Origin: an uncultured Lentisphaerales bacterium
GTDB lineage: Bacteria; Verrucomicrobiota; Lentisphaeria; JABSQK01; UBA12247
Length of the DNA stretch: 64,000 bases
Assembly (NCBI GenBank): GCA_943788985.1
Contig: CALSSJ010000005.1
Coordinates: 96,001 to 160,000 of the forward strand
Direction: 5' to 3'
Made by a program: the position numbers and the translations under genes
The notes under the pieces: generated by a model
What the model was told of the DNA's origin: nothing
Seen by the model: the letters and a program-made list of their open reading frames with translations, nothing else
Databases searched by the model: none
Shown here: positions 63,585 to 64,000 of the stretch, piece by piece
Numbering within the stretch: the stretch's first letter is position 1
Layout of the letters: every line of letters begins with the position of its first letter

Positions 63585-64000
63585 ATGACGCATCCCCATT
63601 TTCCCCACGCCCCCCTCGTTCTCCTCCTGGCCCTGCTAACTTTTGCCGCGACGGCTAACTCAGGATTCACCATTCATTCTGCCAAGATAGCCGGGCGCAC
63701 CTACGTCTACGTCGCTGACGTGGCCCGCTACTACGGCTTTCAAGCTGGCATGCGCGGCGAGACCGCAGTCCTGCGCAACGACCAGCGCACCATCGAATTT
63801 ACCAACAACAGTCGCAAAGCCTATTTCGACGGCGTGCTCGTCACCCTGATGTTCGCGCCGCGCATGCACAAGGGAACCTTGACGCTGAGTCATCAGGACT
63901 TTCGGTACTTCGTCGACCCCGTGCTGCGCCCCTGGGGCATTGGCAAGAAGCCAGTGCGCCGCATCGTCCTGGATGTCGGCCATGGCGGTCAGGACGACGG
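63585..64000 (+). CDS. N-acetylmuramoyl-L-alanine amidase (Amidase_3), partial at the window edge
   Basis: Manual translation gives a signal peptide, YV...DVARYYG, then RRIVLDVGHGGQDD. Confidence 0.85.
   Translation, partial: MTHPHFPHAPLVLLLALLTFAATANSGFTIHSAKIAGRTYVYVADVARYYGFQAGMRGETAVLRNDQRTIEFTNNSRKAYFDGVLVTLMFAPRMHKGTLTLSHQDFRYFVDPVLRPWGIGKKPVRRIVLDVGHGGQDD

Overview
This is a GC-rich (~60%) bacterial chromosomal segment, most consistent with a PVC-superphylum (Lentisphaerae/Verrucomicrobia-like) organism. That placement is an inference from the tandem sulfatases plus GH95, a DUF1559/H-X9-DG-type prepilin protein and a Verru_Chthon-like pilin N-terminus. Housekeeping genes (thiI, yraN, obgE, menA, gltX, aroE, lpxK, ABC-F, ribF, ftsH, mrdA, queD, an amidase) are mixed with large secreted proteins and several eroded pseudogenes. 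I saw no rRNA, tRNA, CRISPR array or intact transposase. The most striking signal is not a gene. A 13-bp quasi-palindrome, TGCGGAGTTCGCA (reverse complement TGCGAACTCCGCA), occurs at least 13 times exactly and at least 9 more times with one mismatch. The copies lie inside unrelated coding sequences, in both orientations and in several reading frames, like a DNA-uptake, HIP1-type or chromosome-organisation site. Other highlights are an orphan Wadjet/MksBEF-like kleisin+KITE pair with no adjacent SMC or nuclease, a bacterial GTDC1/QTMAN-like glycosyltransferase, a PBP2 with a 90-aa internal tandem duplication, a GltX with a ~100-aa insertion, a zinc-ribbon pseudokinase, and a giant pilin-tipped Calx-beta protein preceded by a leader-like micropeptide. 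The 28.9-31.1 kb region carries homopolymer-type insertions that look like sequencing errors.
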